From contig CAWJMT010000003.1 in the NCBI GenBank assembly GCA_963844035.1, positions 256,001 through 320,000 on the forward strand: DNA of 64,000 nucleotides, read 5' to 3'. Every line of letters begins with the position of its first letter. Within the stretch, counting starts at the first letter, position 1. The position numbers and the translations under genes were made by a program. This stretch comes from an uncultured Gemmatimonadales bacterium. Its GTDB lineage: Bacteria; Gemmatimonadota; Gemmatimonadetes; Gemmatimonadales; GWC2-71-9. The notes under the pieces were generated by a model. That model was not told where the DNA came from. It ran no database searches and worked only from the letters and a program-made list of their open reading frames with translations. This document shows positions 24,188 to 35,685 of the stretch, in pieces.

Positions 24188-25220
24188 ATGCGGCCCGCGT
24201 CGCCGACTGGGTGTGGAGGGGCACCGTCGCGGGTCGAGTGGCGCGGCTCCCATTGATCCCGTTCTCGTTGCTCTATGGTGCAACGATGCGCCTACGCGCC
24301 GCCGCATACCGGCAGGGCTGGCTTGCCACCGAGCGCCTGCCGCTTCCAACCATCGCGATCGGCAACCTCTCCGTGGGCGGCACCGGCAAGACACCCCTCG
24401 CCGCCTGGATCGCGGCGTATTGCGGGGCCCGGGGGCGGAAGGCCGGCATCCTGCTGCGCGGGTACGGCGCGGACGAGCCGCTGGTCCACCAGCGCCTCGT
24501 CCCGGATGCGGTGGTCGTGGCCGACCCCGACCGCGCCGCGGGGGCGCGCCGTGCGGCCGCGGGGGGTGCGCAGGTGCTCGTGCTCGACGACGCCTTCCAG
24601 CTGCTGCGCGTGGCGCGCGATCTCAACATCGCGGTGATCAGCGTGGAGAGCTCCGGGGTGTCGTCGTGGGCGTTGCCCGCGGGCCCGTGGCGCGAGGGTC
24701 GGCAGGCGCTGGGACGAGCCGACTGGGTCGTGCTGACCCGCAAATTCGCGGGCGTTGACGTGGCGGGAGCTATGGCGGAGGAAATGGCGGCCCGGCGTCC
24801 CGCGCGCCCAGTCAGCGTCGCGCACCTCGCACTCGACGGGTTCACCGGAATGCGATCCGACACGCGGGTACCCGGCGAGCGCGGTCCAAGGACGCCGAGT
24901 GACGGCAGTGGCAGGGATCGGGGATCCCCACAGTTTCGCCGCGCAACTCAGCGCGCTCGGCGCCACCGTGTGAGCTGCTGGCCTATCCGGACCATCACCC
25001 GTACACTCTCGAGGATATCGAACGGCTGGCGCGGGTGTCCGGCGCGGCCGATTATCTTGTAGTCACGGAGAAGGACGCCGTCAAACTGCGGGGACGGTGG
25101 CCCCGCGAGGCTCCCGAGCCCCTCGTGGCTGCGCTCGCCGTCCAGTGGGAGCGCAATGGGCGGCCACTTGAAGAGAAGCTCGACGCGGTGCTGCGGCTGC
25201 CGCGCGTTTCCGACCCCTAG
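24184..25220 (+). CDS. lpxK: Tetraacyldisaccharide 4'-kinase (frame breaks near 24875 and 24970)
   Basis: IGNLSVGGTGKTP, LLRGY, LDDAFQ, LPAGPWRE, AGIGDP, TEKDAVK. Confidence 0.94.
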
Positions 25221-25238
25221 CCCCGTCGCGAGGAATAT

Positions 25239-26555
25239 GTGAGCGAGCCCGCGATCAAGTCCGAGGCGCACCGCGCCGGTATCCGGCCAGACAAGGACAC
25301 GTTCCTCGCCGAGGAAAACCCATTCGAGGCGATGATGGAGCGGTTCGATCACGCCGCCAAGATCCTCGCCCTCGATCCCGGCCTCTACAAGATCCTCCGC
25401 AATCCCGAAAAGCAGATCATCGTATCGGTGCCCGTCCTGCGCGACAACGGCGAGCTGGACGTGTACACCGGCTACCGCGTGCTGTACAACACGTCGCGCG
25501 GCCCGGCCAAAGGCGGCATCCGGTTCGACCTGAACGTGACCCTGGAAGAGGTCAAGGCGCTGGCGGCGTGGATGACCTGGAAGTGCGCCGTCGTGAACAT
25601 TCCCTTCGGCGGGTCCAAGGGCGGCGTCGTGTGCGATCCGGCGTCCATGTCGATGGGCGAGCTCGAGCGGGTGACCCGGCGCTACACGTCGAGCATCATC
25701 GAAACGCTGGGCCCCGACTCGGACGTGCCGGCGCCGGACGTCAACACCAACGAGCGCGTGATGGCGTGGATCATGGATACGTATTCCATGCATCACCGCC
25801 ATACGGTCACGGCCGTGGTGACGGGGAAGCCGGTGGCAATGGGCGGATCGCTGGGCCGGCGCGAGGCGACGGGCCGGGGGTGCATGATCGCGACGCGCGA
25901 GGCGCTGGCGCGCATCGGCCGCGAGCTCAAAGGCGCGCGCGTGGTGGTGCAGGGGTTTGGCAACGTGGGATCGGTGGCGGCCGATCTCATGGCGAAGGCG
26001 GGCGCCGTGATCATCGGCGTGGCGGACAAGACCGCGGGCGTGTACGACCCCAAGGGGATCGACATCGTGGACCTGCTGCAGTGGGCGCGGGAGCACGGTC
26101 GAGGTTGCCGGGCTATGCCAAGGGCCAGGCGGTGACCAACGAGCAGCTGCTCGACCCTCGACTGCGACGTGCTGGTGCCGGCAGCGACGGAGAACGTGAT
26201 CACGCGCAAGAACGCGTCCCAGATCAAGGCGAAGATCGTGTGCGAGGGCGCCAACGGGCCCACCACGGCGGCCGCCGACGAGATCCTCGAGCGGCAGGGC
26301 ATCTTCGTGATCCCCGATATTCTCGCCAACGCCGGCGGCGTGACCGTGAGCTACTTCGAATGGGTGCAGGACCGCGGTGGGTATTTCTGGGATGAGGCCA
26401 CCGTGAATCAGCGTCTCGAGAGCATCATGACGCGCTCGTTCGCGGAGGTGATGGCGATGGCGGACCGGCACAAGGTCAGCAACCGGATCGCCTGCTACAT
26501 GCTCGCGGTAGACCGGGTGGCGGCGGTGCACCGGCTCCGCGGCATGTATGCCTGA
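25239..26555 (+). CDS. gdhA: Glutamate dehydrogenase (frame breaks near 26100-26160)
   Basis: [52 protein letters not shown]. Confidence 0.93.
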
Positions 26556-26980
26556 TGCGCTATCGCCTGGTCACGGTGGGGCGGGTGAAAGATGCCGCGC
26601 TCCGGTCGGTGTGTGACGAATACCTGACGCGGTTGCGGCACTACGCGAAGGTCGAGGAAACGGAAGTGAAAGATGAGGCGCGGATCCTCGGATCCATTCC
26701 CGAGGGCTCGCGCCTCGTCGCGCTATCGCGTACCGGCGACCCGTGGACGTCGCGGGCGTTGGCCGAGTGGACCGCACGCTGGGAGATGGACGGACGCGAC
26801 GTCGGGTTCGCCATCGGTGGCGCGGACGCGCTACCGGCCGCCGTGCTCGAGCGCGCGGAGGCGACCTGGAGCCTGTCGGCGTTGACGCTGCCGCACGAGC
26901 TGGCGCGCGCGATCGTGCTCGAGCAGCTGTACCGCGCCCACACCATCCGGCGGGGAGAGCCCTATCATCGCGGCCCCTGA
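26555..26980 (+). CDS. rlmH: 23S rRNA m3Psi1915 methyltransferase
   Basis: FAIGGAD, SLSALTLPHELAR, EQLYRA...GEPYH. Confidence 0.93.
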   Translation: MRYRLVTVGRVKDAALRSVCDEYLTRLRHYAKVEETEVKDEARILGSIPEGSRLVALSRTGDPWTSRALAEWTARWEMDGRDVGFAIGGADALPAAVLERAEATWSLSALTLPHELARAIVLEQLYRAHTIRRGEPYHRGP

Positions 26981-26981
26981 G

Positions 26982-27543
26982 CTGACGGCGGCCGACCGGG
27001 CGGCACTGCTGCGCGTGGCACGTGGCGCGCTCGAAGCCCTGCTCACAGGCGGTGCGCCGCCGCCGCCGCCCGACACGCCCGCGGCGCGAGCGAAGCGGGG
27101 CGTGTTCGTGACGCTCGAGGTGGGCGGTGCGCTCCGGGGCTGCGTGGGGCAGCCGCGCCCGGGCCACGTGCTGGGAGCGCTGGTCGGCGAGCTTGCTGTG
27201 GCGGCCGCGCGCGACGATCCGCGATTCCCGCCCGTGTCGTCCGACGAGCTGGGCGCAGTGCGGATCTCGATCTCCGTGCTGACCGACCTGCGGAGGCTGC
27301 AACCGGTGGTGGCCGAAGCAATTGCCATCGGCCGCGATGGCCTGCTGGTGCGCGGGCGGGACGCCTCGGGCGTGCTGCTCCCACAGGTGGCGGAGGAACA
27401 GTGCTGGGGGCCGGATGCGTTCCTGGCGGCAGCGTGTCGCAAAGCGGGGTTGGCGGCGGAAGCATGGCGCGACCCGGGTATCGAGGTGTTCACGTTTCAG
27501 ACGGAGGTATTCGGAGAATCAGGGGAGGGAGACGGAAGTGTGA
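26982..27543 (+). CDS. AMMECR1-domain protein (AmmeMemoRadiSam protein A-like); start uncertain
   Basis: GVFVTL...LRGCVG, AAARDDPRF, ISVL, GVLLPQV, CRKAGL, FQTEVF. Confidence 0.88.
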
Positions 27544-28972
27544 TACCGCGGATCGTGTCAACGCCGATTGCACCGCTCGTCCTGCCCGACCGGCGCGTGA
27601 CGCCACGTCGCCGTCGCGCCGGACGTGGTCGCCGCGGCCCTGCCGGGTCCCGGGCGCGACAAGCTCGCCGCCGGCAATGTGCTTGCCGTCACGACTGGCC
27701 AGCAGCCCGGGATTGTTCACGGGACCGCTGTACACGATCTACAAGGCGCTTGCGGCGTGGCGTCTGGCGCGCCGGCTCGAGGCGGCGTGGGGCGTGTCGG
27801 TCGTCCCGGTGTTCTGGGTGGCGGGCGACGACCACGATTTCGCCGAAGCGAACCACGTGTCGATCCTGGACGTCCAGGGGGACCTGGCCGAGATCCGGTT
27901 GCGCGAGCGGCCGGCCGAGGCGCCGCAGCTTTCCCTGGCGCGGGAGCCGTGCGGGGAGGAGATCCAGGGGGCGCTCGACCGGTTGCGCGCGACAACGCCG
28001 GAAACGGAGTTCAAGGGCGCGGTACTCAGCTGGCTCGAGGCCGCCTACCGGCCCGAGGCGACGCTCGCCGATGCCTTCGCGCACGCGTTGCAAGGATTGC
28101 TGGGGCGGAGTGGCTTGGTGGTGTTGCGGGCGCACGACCGGCACGCCAAGCGGGTGGCCGCCCCCTATGTCCTCAAGGGCCTTGCTACCACACTCCCCGA
28201 TGGCCTCACCCCCGTTCTGGTCGAGGCGGGGCTTGGTCGCGACCGGCTGCGGGCCGACGGGGCCGGGTTCGTCACGCGCCGCAGCGAGGAGCTGTTCACG
28301 CGTGAGCAGCTCGAGCAGATCGCGCGCGACGAGCCGGAACGTCTCTCACCCAACGTGTTGCTGCGCCCGGTGGTGGAGGCGGCGCTGCTGCCAACGGTGG
28401 CCTACGTCGGGGGACCCGCCGAGCTCGAGTACCTCCCGAATGCGGCGCCGCTGTATCAGGTGGTGGGCGGCGGCGTCGAGCGTCAGGTCCCGGTACCGCG
28501 CTGGTCGGGTGTGCTGGTCGAAGGGCGGGTCGACAAGTTGCTCACGCGGTACGGACTGAGTCTCGAAGACCTGCAGGCGCCTCCTGGGGCGCTCGAGGCC
28601 CGTGTGGCGCGCGAGTCGCTGTCGCCCCGGGTCTTAGAGCGGTTTGGCGCGCTCCGCAGCGCCCTGGAGCAGGGATACGCGCACCTCGCCGAAGCGGTGG
28701 AGGGCGTCGATCCCACCCTGGCGCGCACGGTGCAATCGGCGCGCAACAGCGCCCTCTCCGGCACACAGGAGATCGAGAAGAAGCTGCTCGCCAGCGTGAA
28801 GCGCGAGAGCGACGGGTTGGTGCGGCAGATCGCGCGGGCGCGCGCCGTGGTCTATCCCGGCGGCGAGCCGCAGGAGCGCGTGCTCACCCTCGCGTCGTTC
28901 TTGATCCGCTACGGCCCCGCCTTGATCGAGGAAGTGGAGCAGGAGGTGGCGCGCTGGGCGGACGCCTCGTAG
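27540..28972 (+). CDS. bshC: Bacillithiol biosynthesis protein BshC (frame breaks in N-terminal region)
   Basis: VTTGQQPG, GPLYTIYKAL, VFWVAGDDHDFAE, SPNVLLRP, YVGGPAELEY, PQERV. Confidence 0.9.
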
Positions 28973-28982
28973 AATCCCTGCC

Positions 28983-29252
28983 ATGTGGATACTCGCTGTC
29001 ATCCTGCTGGTCGCGCTCATGATTCCGATCGCCGCGATCCTCGCGGATTCGCCCCTCGGGCGCTCGATCGCGCTCCGCCTGGAGGGGCGTGGCGACAAGG
29101 GGGCGGCGGATGCGACGGTGCAGCTGCTCGAGCGACGCATAGCGGTACTGGAGAGTGACATTGAGGACTTGACGCGCTCGGTCGGGGGCATGCGGGACGA
29201 GCTCCAGTTCATGCAGCGCCTGCTGGAAGACCCCAAGAAGAAATCATCCTGA
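28983..29252 (+). CDS. Small membrane-anchored coiled-coil hypothetical protein
   Basis: Hydrophobic N-terminus, DSPLGRSIA, heptad-rich C-terminus. Confidence 0.75.
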   Translation: MWILAVILLVALMIPIAAILADSPLGRSIALRLEGRGDKGAADATVQLLERRIAVLESDIEDLTRSVGGMRDELQFMQRLLEDPKKKSS

Positions 29253-29254
29253 CG

Positions 29255-30840
29255 GTGCCGGACGCTGCGCCGGGCGCGGGAGACGGGAGGGGGAGGCCGT
29301 CACGCCGCTCAGGTCGCCGCCGGCATCTTCGTCACGCGCGTGTTGGGCTACGCGCGCGAGCGGGTATTCGCGTACTACTTCGGCAACACCAGTGTCGGCG
29401 CCGACGCCTTCCGCGCCGCGCTGCGGATCCCCAACGCGATTCGCAACCTGCTCGGGGAAGGCACGCTCTCCGCTTCGTTCATCCCCGTCTACGCCGCCCT
29501 CAATCAGCGGTCCGACAAACAGGCAGCGCGGGCGCTCGCCGGCGCGGTGCTGGGCCTGCTGCTCCTCGCCACGGGCGTGCTTGCGGCGCTCGGGATCGGC
29601 TTCGCGCCGGCCATCACGACGTTGATCGCGAAAGGGTTCGACGCGCCGCGCCGCGAGCTGACCGTCACACTGGTGCGCATCCTGTTTCCCATGACCGGGC
29701 TGATGGTCGTCTCGGCCTGGTGCTCTGGGCATTCTCAACACGCACCGGCGGTTCTTCCTCCCGTACGCCGCGCCGGCGCTCTGGAACGTCGCGGGGATGG
29801 TCGCGATGGCGGCCGCGGGCACGTGGTTCGCCAACCGCTCGCTGCCGCTGGAGGCGCAGATGCACCGCCTGTCGCTGGCGCTGGCGTGGGGCACGGTCGT
29901 GGGCGCGCTGCTCCAGGTCGGAATTCAGCTTCCGGCATGTTGGCGGCTGTTGCACGGCATCGCGATCCGGTTCAGTGTCGCGCCGGAGGGGGTGCGCGGC
30001 GTGCTGGCGGCCTGGCTGCCGCTCGTGCTGGGCGCCGGCGTAGCGCAGGTCTCCGGGTTCGTGGACACGCTGCTGGGCTCGTTTACGGGGGCCGGGGGCG
30101 TGTCCGCGCTCGGCTACGCCCAACTGGTCCAGGTGCTGCCGGTGAGCCTGTTCGGGGTGTCGGTGGCGGCGGTGTCGTTGCCGGAGCTGTCGCGCGACGC
30201 TGCCGCCGCTCTTCCCAACGACCTCCTGCGCGCCCGGATCGCGACCGCGTTCCGGCGGATCACGTTCTTCGTGCTCCCGTCGGCGTTTGCGTTCGCCGCG
30301 CTCGGCCCCGTGATCGTCGGCGCGCTGTTCCAGACCGGGCGGTTCGGCGCCGACGACACGGCGCTCGTCGGCGGCGTGCTGGCCGCATACGGTGTCGGCC
30401 TGGTGGGGCAGGCGACGGTGAAACTGTTCGCGTCCGGGTTCTACGCGCTGCGCGACACCCGCACTCCGGTCGCCATCGCGATATTGTCGCTCCTCGTGTC
30501 CACGGCGCTGGCCGTCGTCTTCATGCGCTGGTACGGGCCGGCGGGAATTGCCCTCGGCTCGTCACTCGGGGCCACGCTCAACGTCGTGTTGAACCTGCAT
30601 CGGTTGGATCGACGTATCGGCGCCGTGCTTGGTCGCGCCGACTGGCGGGCGGCGGCGGTGAGCGGGGGCGCGGCTGCTGCCGCTGCGGCGGCCGCCGTCG
30701 CAGCCTCTCATGCCGCGAGCGGCGCCGGGCCGGTGCTCCTGGCCGTTGTCAGTCTAGGTATTTTTGCAGGGACGTACCTTGGCCTGGTCATAGCGCTCAA
30801 GCACCCCGACGCCGCCCGTCTGTGGAAACTCGTGAGCTGA
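29255..30840 (+). CDS. murJ: Lipid II flippase MurJ (frame breaks near 29290 and 29725)
   Basis: RVLGYARE, ADAFRAALRIPN...LLGEGTLSASFIP, FQTGRF, FYALRDTRTPV. Confidence 0.92.
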
Positions 30841-32633
30841 TCGCCCGCAAGCTCGACGCCCTGCCCGACAAGCCCGGCGTCTATCTGTGGAAGAATGCCG
30901 CCGGTGAGATCCTCTACGTAGGCAAGGCCAAGAGCCTGCGCTCACGGGTCTCGAGCTACCTCGGTCCGGACGCCGGCTCCACCCCGGAGCGCGCCGCCCT
31001 GGTGCGCCAGATCGCCGATGTCGAGACGATCGTGGTGCCAAGCGAGCCGCAGGCGCTGCTGCTCGAGAACAACCTCATCAAGGAGCACCGGCCCCGGTTC
31101 AACATCCGGCTCACCGACGACAAGAGCTATCCCCGCATCGCGGTGACCCTGGCGGAGCCGTTTCCTCGTGTGCTCGTGGTACGGCGCCTCAACATCCCGG
31201 GTGCACGTTATTTCGGTCCCTACACGGACGTCGCGACGCTGCGGCAGACCCTGAAAATCATCCGCCGCATTTTCACCGTCCGTTCCTGCACCTGGAACCT
31301 GCCGGACGAGGCGCCCGACCGGCCCTGCCTCGACTACCACATCGACCGGTGTAAAGCCCCGTGCGTGGGATACCAGGCCCAGGCGGAATACCGCGGCATG
31401 ATCGACGACGTGCTGGTCTTTCTCGAGGGCAAGACGGTGGATGTCCGGACGCGGTTGCGGGGGCGCATGCAGGAGGCGTCCGGGACCCTCGCCTTCGAGC
31501 GGGCGGCACAGCTGCGGGATGCCTTGAAATGGCTCGACCAGGTGGAACAGCCCCAGGCGATGGAGGTTGTGGGCGGCGGGCATGCCGACGCGATCGGGCT
31601 CGCGCGTGACGGGGACGACGCGTGCGGAGTCATCCTGCGCGTTCGCGACGGCCGCATGATCGCGCGTGAGCATCGCTTTCTCGAGAACGTGGAGCACGAG
31701 CGTGATGGCGCCATTCTGAGCGCTTTTCTCGTCCGATTCTACCTGCCCCTCGAGCAGCGCGCCGAGCGCGTGTTCCTCCCGTTCGCGCCGGACGATCTGG
31801 ATCCGCTGCAGGCGCTAGTGAGCGGTGTGGAGTGGCATGTGCCGCAACGCGGCACGGGCGCCAAGCTGGTGGAGCTGGCCGATCAGAACGCGCGGCATTT
31901 GCTCGAAAGCCTGATGATCGAGAGCTTCGACATCGAGGAGCGGGCCGCCGATCCGGTATATGCGCTGGGCCGGGATCTTGGACTCACCGTGGTGCCGCGC
32001 TCGTTTGTGTGCATCGACATCTCGACCAACCAGGGACGCGATACCGTCGGGTCGCTGGTGTGGTTCGAGGCGGGGCGTCCCAAAAAGTCCGAATACCGGC
32101 GCTTCAAGATCAAGGCGGTGGCACAGCAGGACGACTACGCCGCTATTCACGAAGTCGTCACCCGGTACTTCACCCGGCGGAAGAACGAGGACAAGCAGCT
32201 GCCGGATCTGGTGGTGATCGACGGCGGCAAGGGGCAGCTCGGCGCCGCGCTCGAGGCGGCGCGTGGGGTGGGCCTCGAGGATCTCCCGATCGTAAGCCTC
32301 GCCAAGCGGGAGGAGGAGATCTTCCTCCCGGGACGGGCGGAGGGGCTCAAGCTGTCGCGGCGGAGCCCGTCGCTCAAGCTGGTGCAGCGGGCGCGTGACG
32401 AGGCGCATCGCTTCGCCATCACCTTCAGCCGTAAGCGCCGCAGTCAGCGCACCATCACCTCGGAGCTGTTGACGATCCCAGGGGTCGGGCCGAATCGTCG
32501 CCGTGCGCTGCTCGAGCGCTTCGGGTCGCTGGCGGGTGTGAAGACCGCTACGCCGGCGGAGATCGCCGCCGTGCCGGGGTTCTCCGCCACGCTGGCGGAG
32601 CGGATTCTGGACCGGTTGCGCGCCCGCGCATGA
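30822..32633 (+). CDS. uvrC: Excinuclease ABC subunit C
   Basis: LPDKPGVY...YVGKAKSLRSRV (GIY-YIG), DDKSYP, IDGGKGQ, RDEAHRFA, HhH motif. Confidence 0.97.
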   Translation: METRELIARKLDALPDKPGVYLWKNAAGEILYVGKAKSLRSRVSSYLGPDAGSTPERAALVRQIADVETIVVPSEPQALLLENNLIKEHRPRFNIRLTDDKSYPRIAVTLAEPFPRVLVVRRLNIPGARYFGPYTDVATLRQTLKIIRRIFTVRSCTWNLPDEAPDRPCLDYHIDRCKAPCVGYQAQAEYRGMIDDVLVFLEGKTVDVRTRLRGRMQEASGTLAFERAAQLRDALKWLDQVEQPQAMEVVGGGHADAIGLARDGDDACGVILRVRDGRMIAREHRFLENVEHERDGAILSAFLVRFYLPLEQRAERVFLPFAPDDLDPLQALVSGVEWHVPQRGTGAKLVELADQNARHLLESLMIESFDIEERAADPVYALGRDLGLTVVPRSFVCIDISTNQGRDTVGSLVWFEAGRPKKSEYRRFKIKAVAQQDDYAAIHEVVTRYFTRRKNEDKQLPDLVVIDGGKGQLGAALEAARGVGLEDLPIVSLAKREEEIFLPGRAEGLKLSRRSPSLKLVQRARDEAHRFAITFSRKRRSQRTITSELLTIPGVGPNRRRALLERFGSLAGVKTATPAEIAAVPGFSATLAERILDRLRARA

Positions 32634-33330
32634 AGTCGGTCGTGGTATTGCAGCATGCCGGGAGCGAGAACCTCGGCACCATCGAGGATGCCCTCAGCGC
32701 CGCCGGCGTCCGGTGCCGGTACGTGCGCTCATTCGAAGGGCAGCCGGTGCCGCGTGAGGTGGACGATGCGTCCGGACTCATCGTCATGGGCGGGCCGATG
32801 GGCGTGTACGAGACCGCCCGCTTTCCATTCCTGCTCCAGGAGCTGGAGCTGATACGGAGCTACCTCGAGGCGGAGCGGCCGATCCTCGGCGTCTGCCTCG
32901 GGAGCCAGCTGCTTGCAGCAGCGCTCGGCGCAACGGTGCGCCAGAGGGCGGCAGAAGGAAATCGGCTGGTATCCGGTCACTGGAAGCCCGGAGAGCCGAC
33001 GAGACGCCCTGTGGAGTGATCAGCCCTCCCGGTTCGTCGCCTACCATTGGCACGGCGACGTCTTCGATCTGCCGGAAGGAGCCGTTCTCCTGGCCTCGTC
33101 CGACATCACTCCCGTCCAGAGCTTTCGGTTCGGGAGTCGAGCCTACGGCCTGCTGTTTCATTTGGAGGTCACGCAAGCGTCACATTCAGGGCATGCTCGA
33201 TGAGTTTGCCGCCGAGATTCAGGAGGAGGGCCTGAGCGCGGCGGGCATACTCCGGGAGGGCGAGTCGTTCCTGTCTCCCTTGCAGCAGATCGGAGCGACC
33301 GTGTTCCGTCGCTGGATCGACCTCGCGTAG
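32630..33330 (+). CDS. Type 1 glutamine amidotransferase (frame breaks near 32945 and 33180)
   Basis: MGGPMGVY, GVCLGSQLLA, EIGW, WHGDVFDLPEGA, FHLE. Confidence 0.88.
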
Positions 33331-33333
33331 ACG

Positions 33334-34482
33334 ATGTTTCACTGGTCGCTCGAGTGCTCGGCGTGCCGGCAGGTCCGCCAGCCTGACGGTCTGCCGGGCG
33401 TGTGCGACGCCTGTGGCCAGCCCTACCTCGTACGGTACCCCACCACCCCGACACCCGAGGCGGTGCCGCCGCTGCGCGAGCGACCTTGGACGATGTGGCG
33501 CTACCGCGAGTGGCTACCGCTTGGTCCGCACGAAACGCCGGTCACCCTCGGGGAGGGCGCCACCCCGTTGCTGCGGGTGACGCGTATCGGTGAGCGGCAT
33601 GGGTTCGGCGACCTGTGGGTGAAGGACGAGGGGAAGAATCCCACCGGATCCTTCAAGGCGCGAGGAATGGCGGCGGCCGTGACGCGGGCAGTGCTCGCCG
33701 GGTGCACGCGGTTTGTCGTGCCGACGGCCGGCAACGCCGGGGTCGCGCTCGCCGCATATGCCGGGCGCGCCGGAGTTGCCGCCCGCGTGTACGCACCGGC
33801 GAGTACGCCGTCCATGATTCTCTCCCAGATCCGCGAGTTTGGAGCGGAGCTGGCGGTGATCGAGGGTCACATCGGCGACTGTGGCCGCGCGGCGCGAGCA
33901 TACGCCGCCGAGTCGGGGGCCGCGGACGTCTCCACCCTGCGCGAGCCGTATCGGATCGAGGGGAAGAAGACCATGGGCCTGGAGCTCGCGGAGCAGCTCG
34001 GATGGAGCCTTCCCGACGTGATCGTGTATCCCACCGGTGGCGGTACCGGATTGATCGGCATGTGGAAGGCATTCGGAGAGCTGATCGCCGGCGGCTGGGT
34101 GGACGAGCCACGGCCGCGCATGTACGCCGTACAGGCGGACACGTGCGCGCCGGTGGTGCGGGCATTCGCACAGGGCGCGGGGCAGTGCATACCCTGGGCT
34201 GATCCGCGCACGGTGGCGGCGGGCCTGCGGGTCCCGGCCCCGCTCGGGGATCGCCTGATTCTTTCGGTGCTGCGTGACAGCCACGGCGGGGCGGTGGCCG
34301 TCTCGGATCAGGATCTTGTCGCCTGCGCCCGTGAGTTACAGGTCGCCGAGGGTATCGATGCGGCGCCTGAAGGCGGTGCCACGCTGGCCGGGGCGATCGC
34401 GCTGAAACAGCGCGGTGAGATCGGAGGTTCGGAGCGCGTGGTCCTGCTCAATACCGGCGCCGGGTGGCTGTACCGCAGCTAA
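33334..34482 (+). CDS. thrC: Threonine synthase (PLP fold type II)
   Basis: N-terminal CxxC pairs, TLGEGATP, NPTGSFKAR, GNAG, EGKKT, PTGGG, NTG. Confidence 0.85.
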   Translation: MFHWSLECSACRQVRQPDGLPGVCDACGQPYLVRYPTTPTPEAVPPLRERPWTMWRYREWLPLGPHETPVTLGEGATPLLRVTRIGERHGFGDLWVKDEGKNPTGSFKARGMAAAVTRAVLAGCTRFVVPTAGNAGVALAAYAGRAGVAARVYAPASTPSMILSQIREFGAELAVIEGHIGDCGRAARAYAAESGAADVSTLREPYRIEGKKTMGLELAEQLGWSLPDVIVYPTGGGTGLIGMWKAFGELIAGGWVDEPRPRMYAVQADTCAPVVRAFAQGAGQCIPWADPRTVAAGLRVPAPLGDRLILSVLRDSHGGAVAVSDQDLVACARELQVAEGIDAAPEGGATLAGAIALKQRGEIGGSERVVLLNTGAGWLYRS

Positions 34483-34506
34483 GCTTCTAATATGAGTCAC
34501 TTGCCT

Positions 34507-35685
34507 ATGCGGATTGCGATCCTCGATCCCGCGGCCGGAATCAGCGGCGACATGACCCTGGGGGCGCTGTTGTCCCTGGGGGCTCCCGCGACCTGGTTGG
34601 AACAGCTCCCGGGCCGGCTCGGCCTGTCCGGCGTCGGTGTGACGATCCGCAGCGTGAGTCGGGCGAGCGTGGCGTGCCGGCAGGTGGAATTCACGATTCC
34701 TGAGCAGCCGCATGGGCGCCATGTGGGTGCGCTCATAAAGCTCGTTGAGCGCGCCCCGCTTTCGGATTGGGTGAAGGAGCGGGCGGTGCGCGCCTTCCAG
34801 CTGCTCGGCGAGGCGGAAGGGCGGGTGCACGGCGTGGCGCCGGAGAAGGTCCATCTCCATGAGGTCGGGGCGGTGGACGCGGTGCTCGACATCGTGGGGG
34901 CGATTGAAGGATTCGAGCAGCTCGGCGTGGGCGCGGTCTACAACTGGCCCGCGGCGCTCGGCACCGGTTGGGTGGAGGCGGCGCACGGCCGCTTGCCCGT
35001 CCCGGCACCGGCAACCGCGATCCTGCTCGAGGGGATCGAGACGGTGAGCGGCGGGCCGGTGGAGGGCGAGGCGACGACGCCGACCGGGGCGACCCTGCTA
35101 CGCGTATTGTCCTCCGGAAGGCCCCCAACACAGTGGCGGATGGTAGGCAGCGGCTGGGGGGCGGGGCAGCGCGATCCCAAGCACTATCCCAATGCACTGC
35201 GCATTCTGGTCGCGGAGCAGGCGGCCGAAGCGGCACGCGTGGCGCTGCTCGCCACTGATGTCGACGACATGAGCCCCGAATACGTCGAGCCGCTGCGGCA
35301 GGCGCTCATCGCCGCGGGCGCGCTCGACGTCCAGACCTGGCCGGTGCAGATGAAAAAGGGACGGTCGGGTTTCCGTGTCGAGGTAGTCGCGCCTGAGGAG
35401 TCGGCGGACCAGGTCACGGCCGCGCTGTTCCGCCACAGCACCACGGCGGGGGTGCGCCGCTGGGTGGCCGAGCGCGCCACGCTGCCGCGGCATCAGGTCA
35501 CCGTTCAGCTGTCCGCCGACGTGTCGGTCCGAGTCAAAGTCCTGGAGCAACCCGACGGCATCCGGGTCAAACCCGAATACGACGACGTTCTCGCGGCGGC
35601 GCTGGCACTCGGTCGGCCACCGATCGAAGTGGCGCGCGAAGCGCAGCGGGATGCGGAGCTGCTCGTCGCCAAGACCAAGGAGTGA
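34507..35685 (+). CDS. larC: Nickel pincer cofactor biosynthesis protein LarC
   Basis: GISGDMTLGAL, AEGRVHG...VHLHEVGAVD, HGRLPVPAPAT, TPTGA, MKKGR, KPEYDD. Confidence 0.92.
   Translation: MRIAILDPAAGISGDMTLGALLSLGAPATWLEQLPGRLGLSGVGVTIRSVSRASVACRQVEFTIPEQPHGRHVGALIKLVERAPLSDWVKERAVRAFQLLGEAEGRVHGVAPEKVHLHEVGAVDAVLDIVGAIEGFEQLGVGAVYNWPAALGTGWVEAAHGRLPVPAPATAILLEGIETVSGGPVEGEATTPTGATLLRVLSSGRPPTQWRMVGSGWGAGQRDPKHYPNALRILVAEQAAEAARVALLATDVDDMSPEYVEPLRQALIAAGALDVQTWPVQMKKGRSGFRVEVVAPEESADQVTAALFRHSTTAGVRRWVAERATLPRHQVTVQLSADVSVRVKVLEQPDGIRVKPEYDDVLAAALALGRPPIEVAREAQRDAELLVAKTKE

Noticed and set aside
27015..28559. Apparent AMMECR1-BshC fusion
   Set aside because: The GTGA at 27540-27543 is the usual stop/start overlap in this window; an indel in the preceding G-rich run likely removed the stop.
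29340..32633. 1097-aa MurJ-UvrC fusion ORF
   Set aside because: The middle is off-frame nonsense; MurJ continues in another frame to its stop at 30840.
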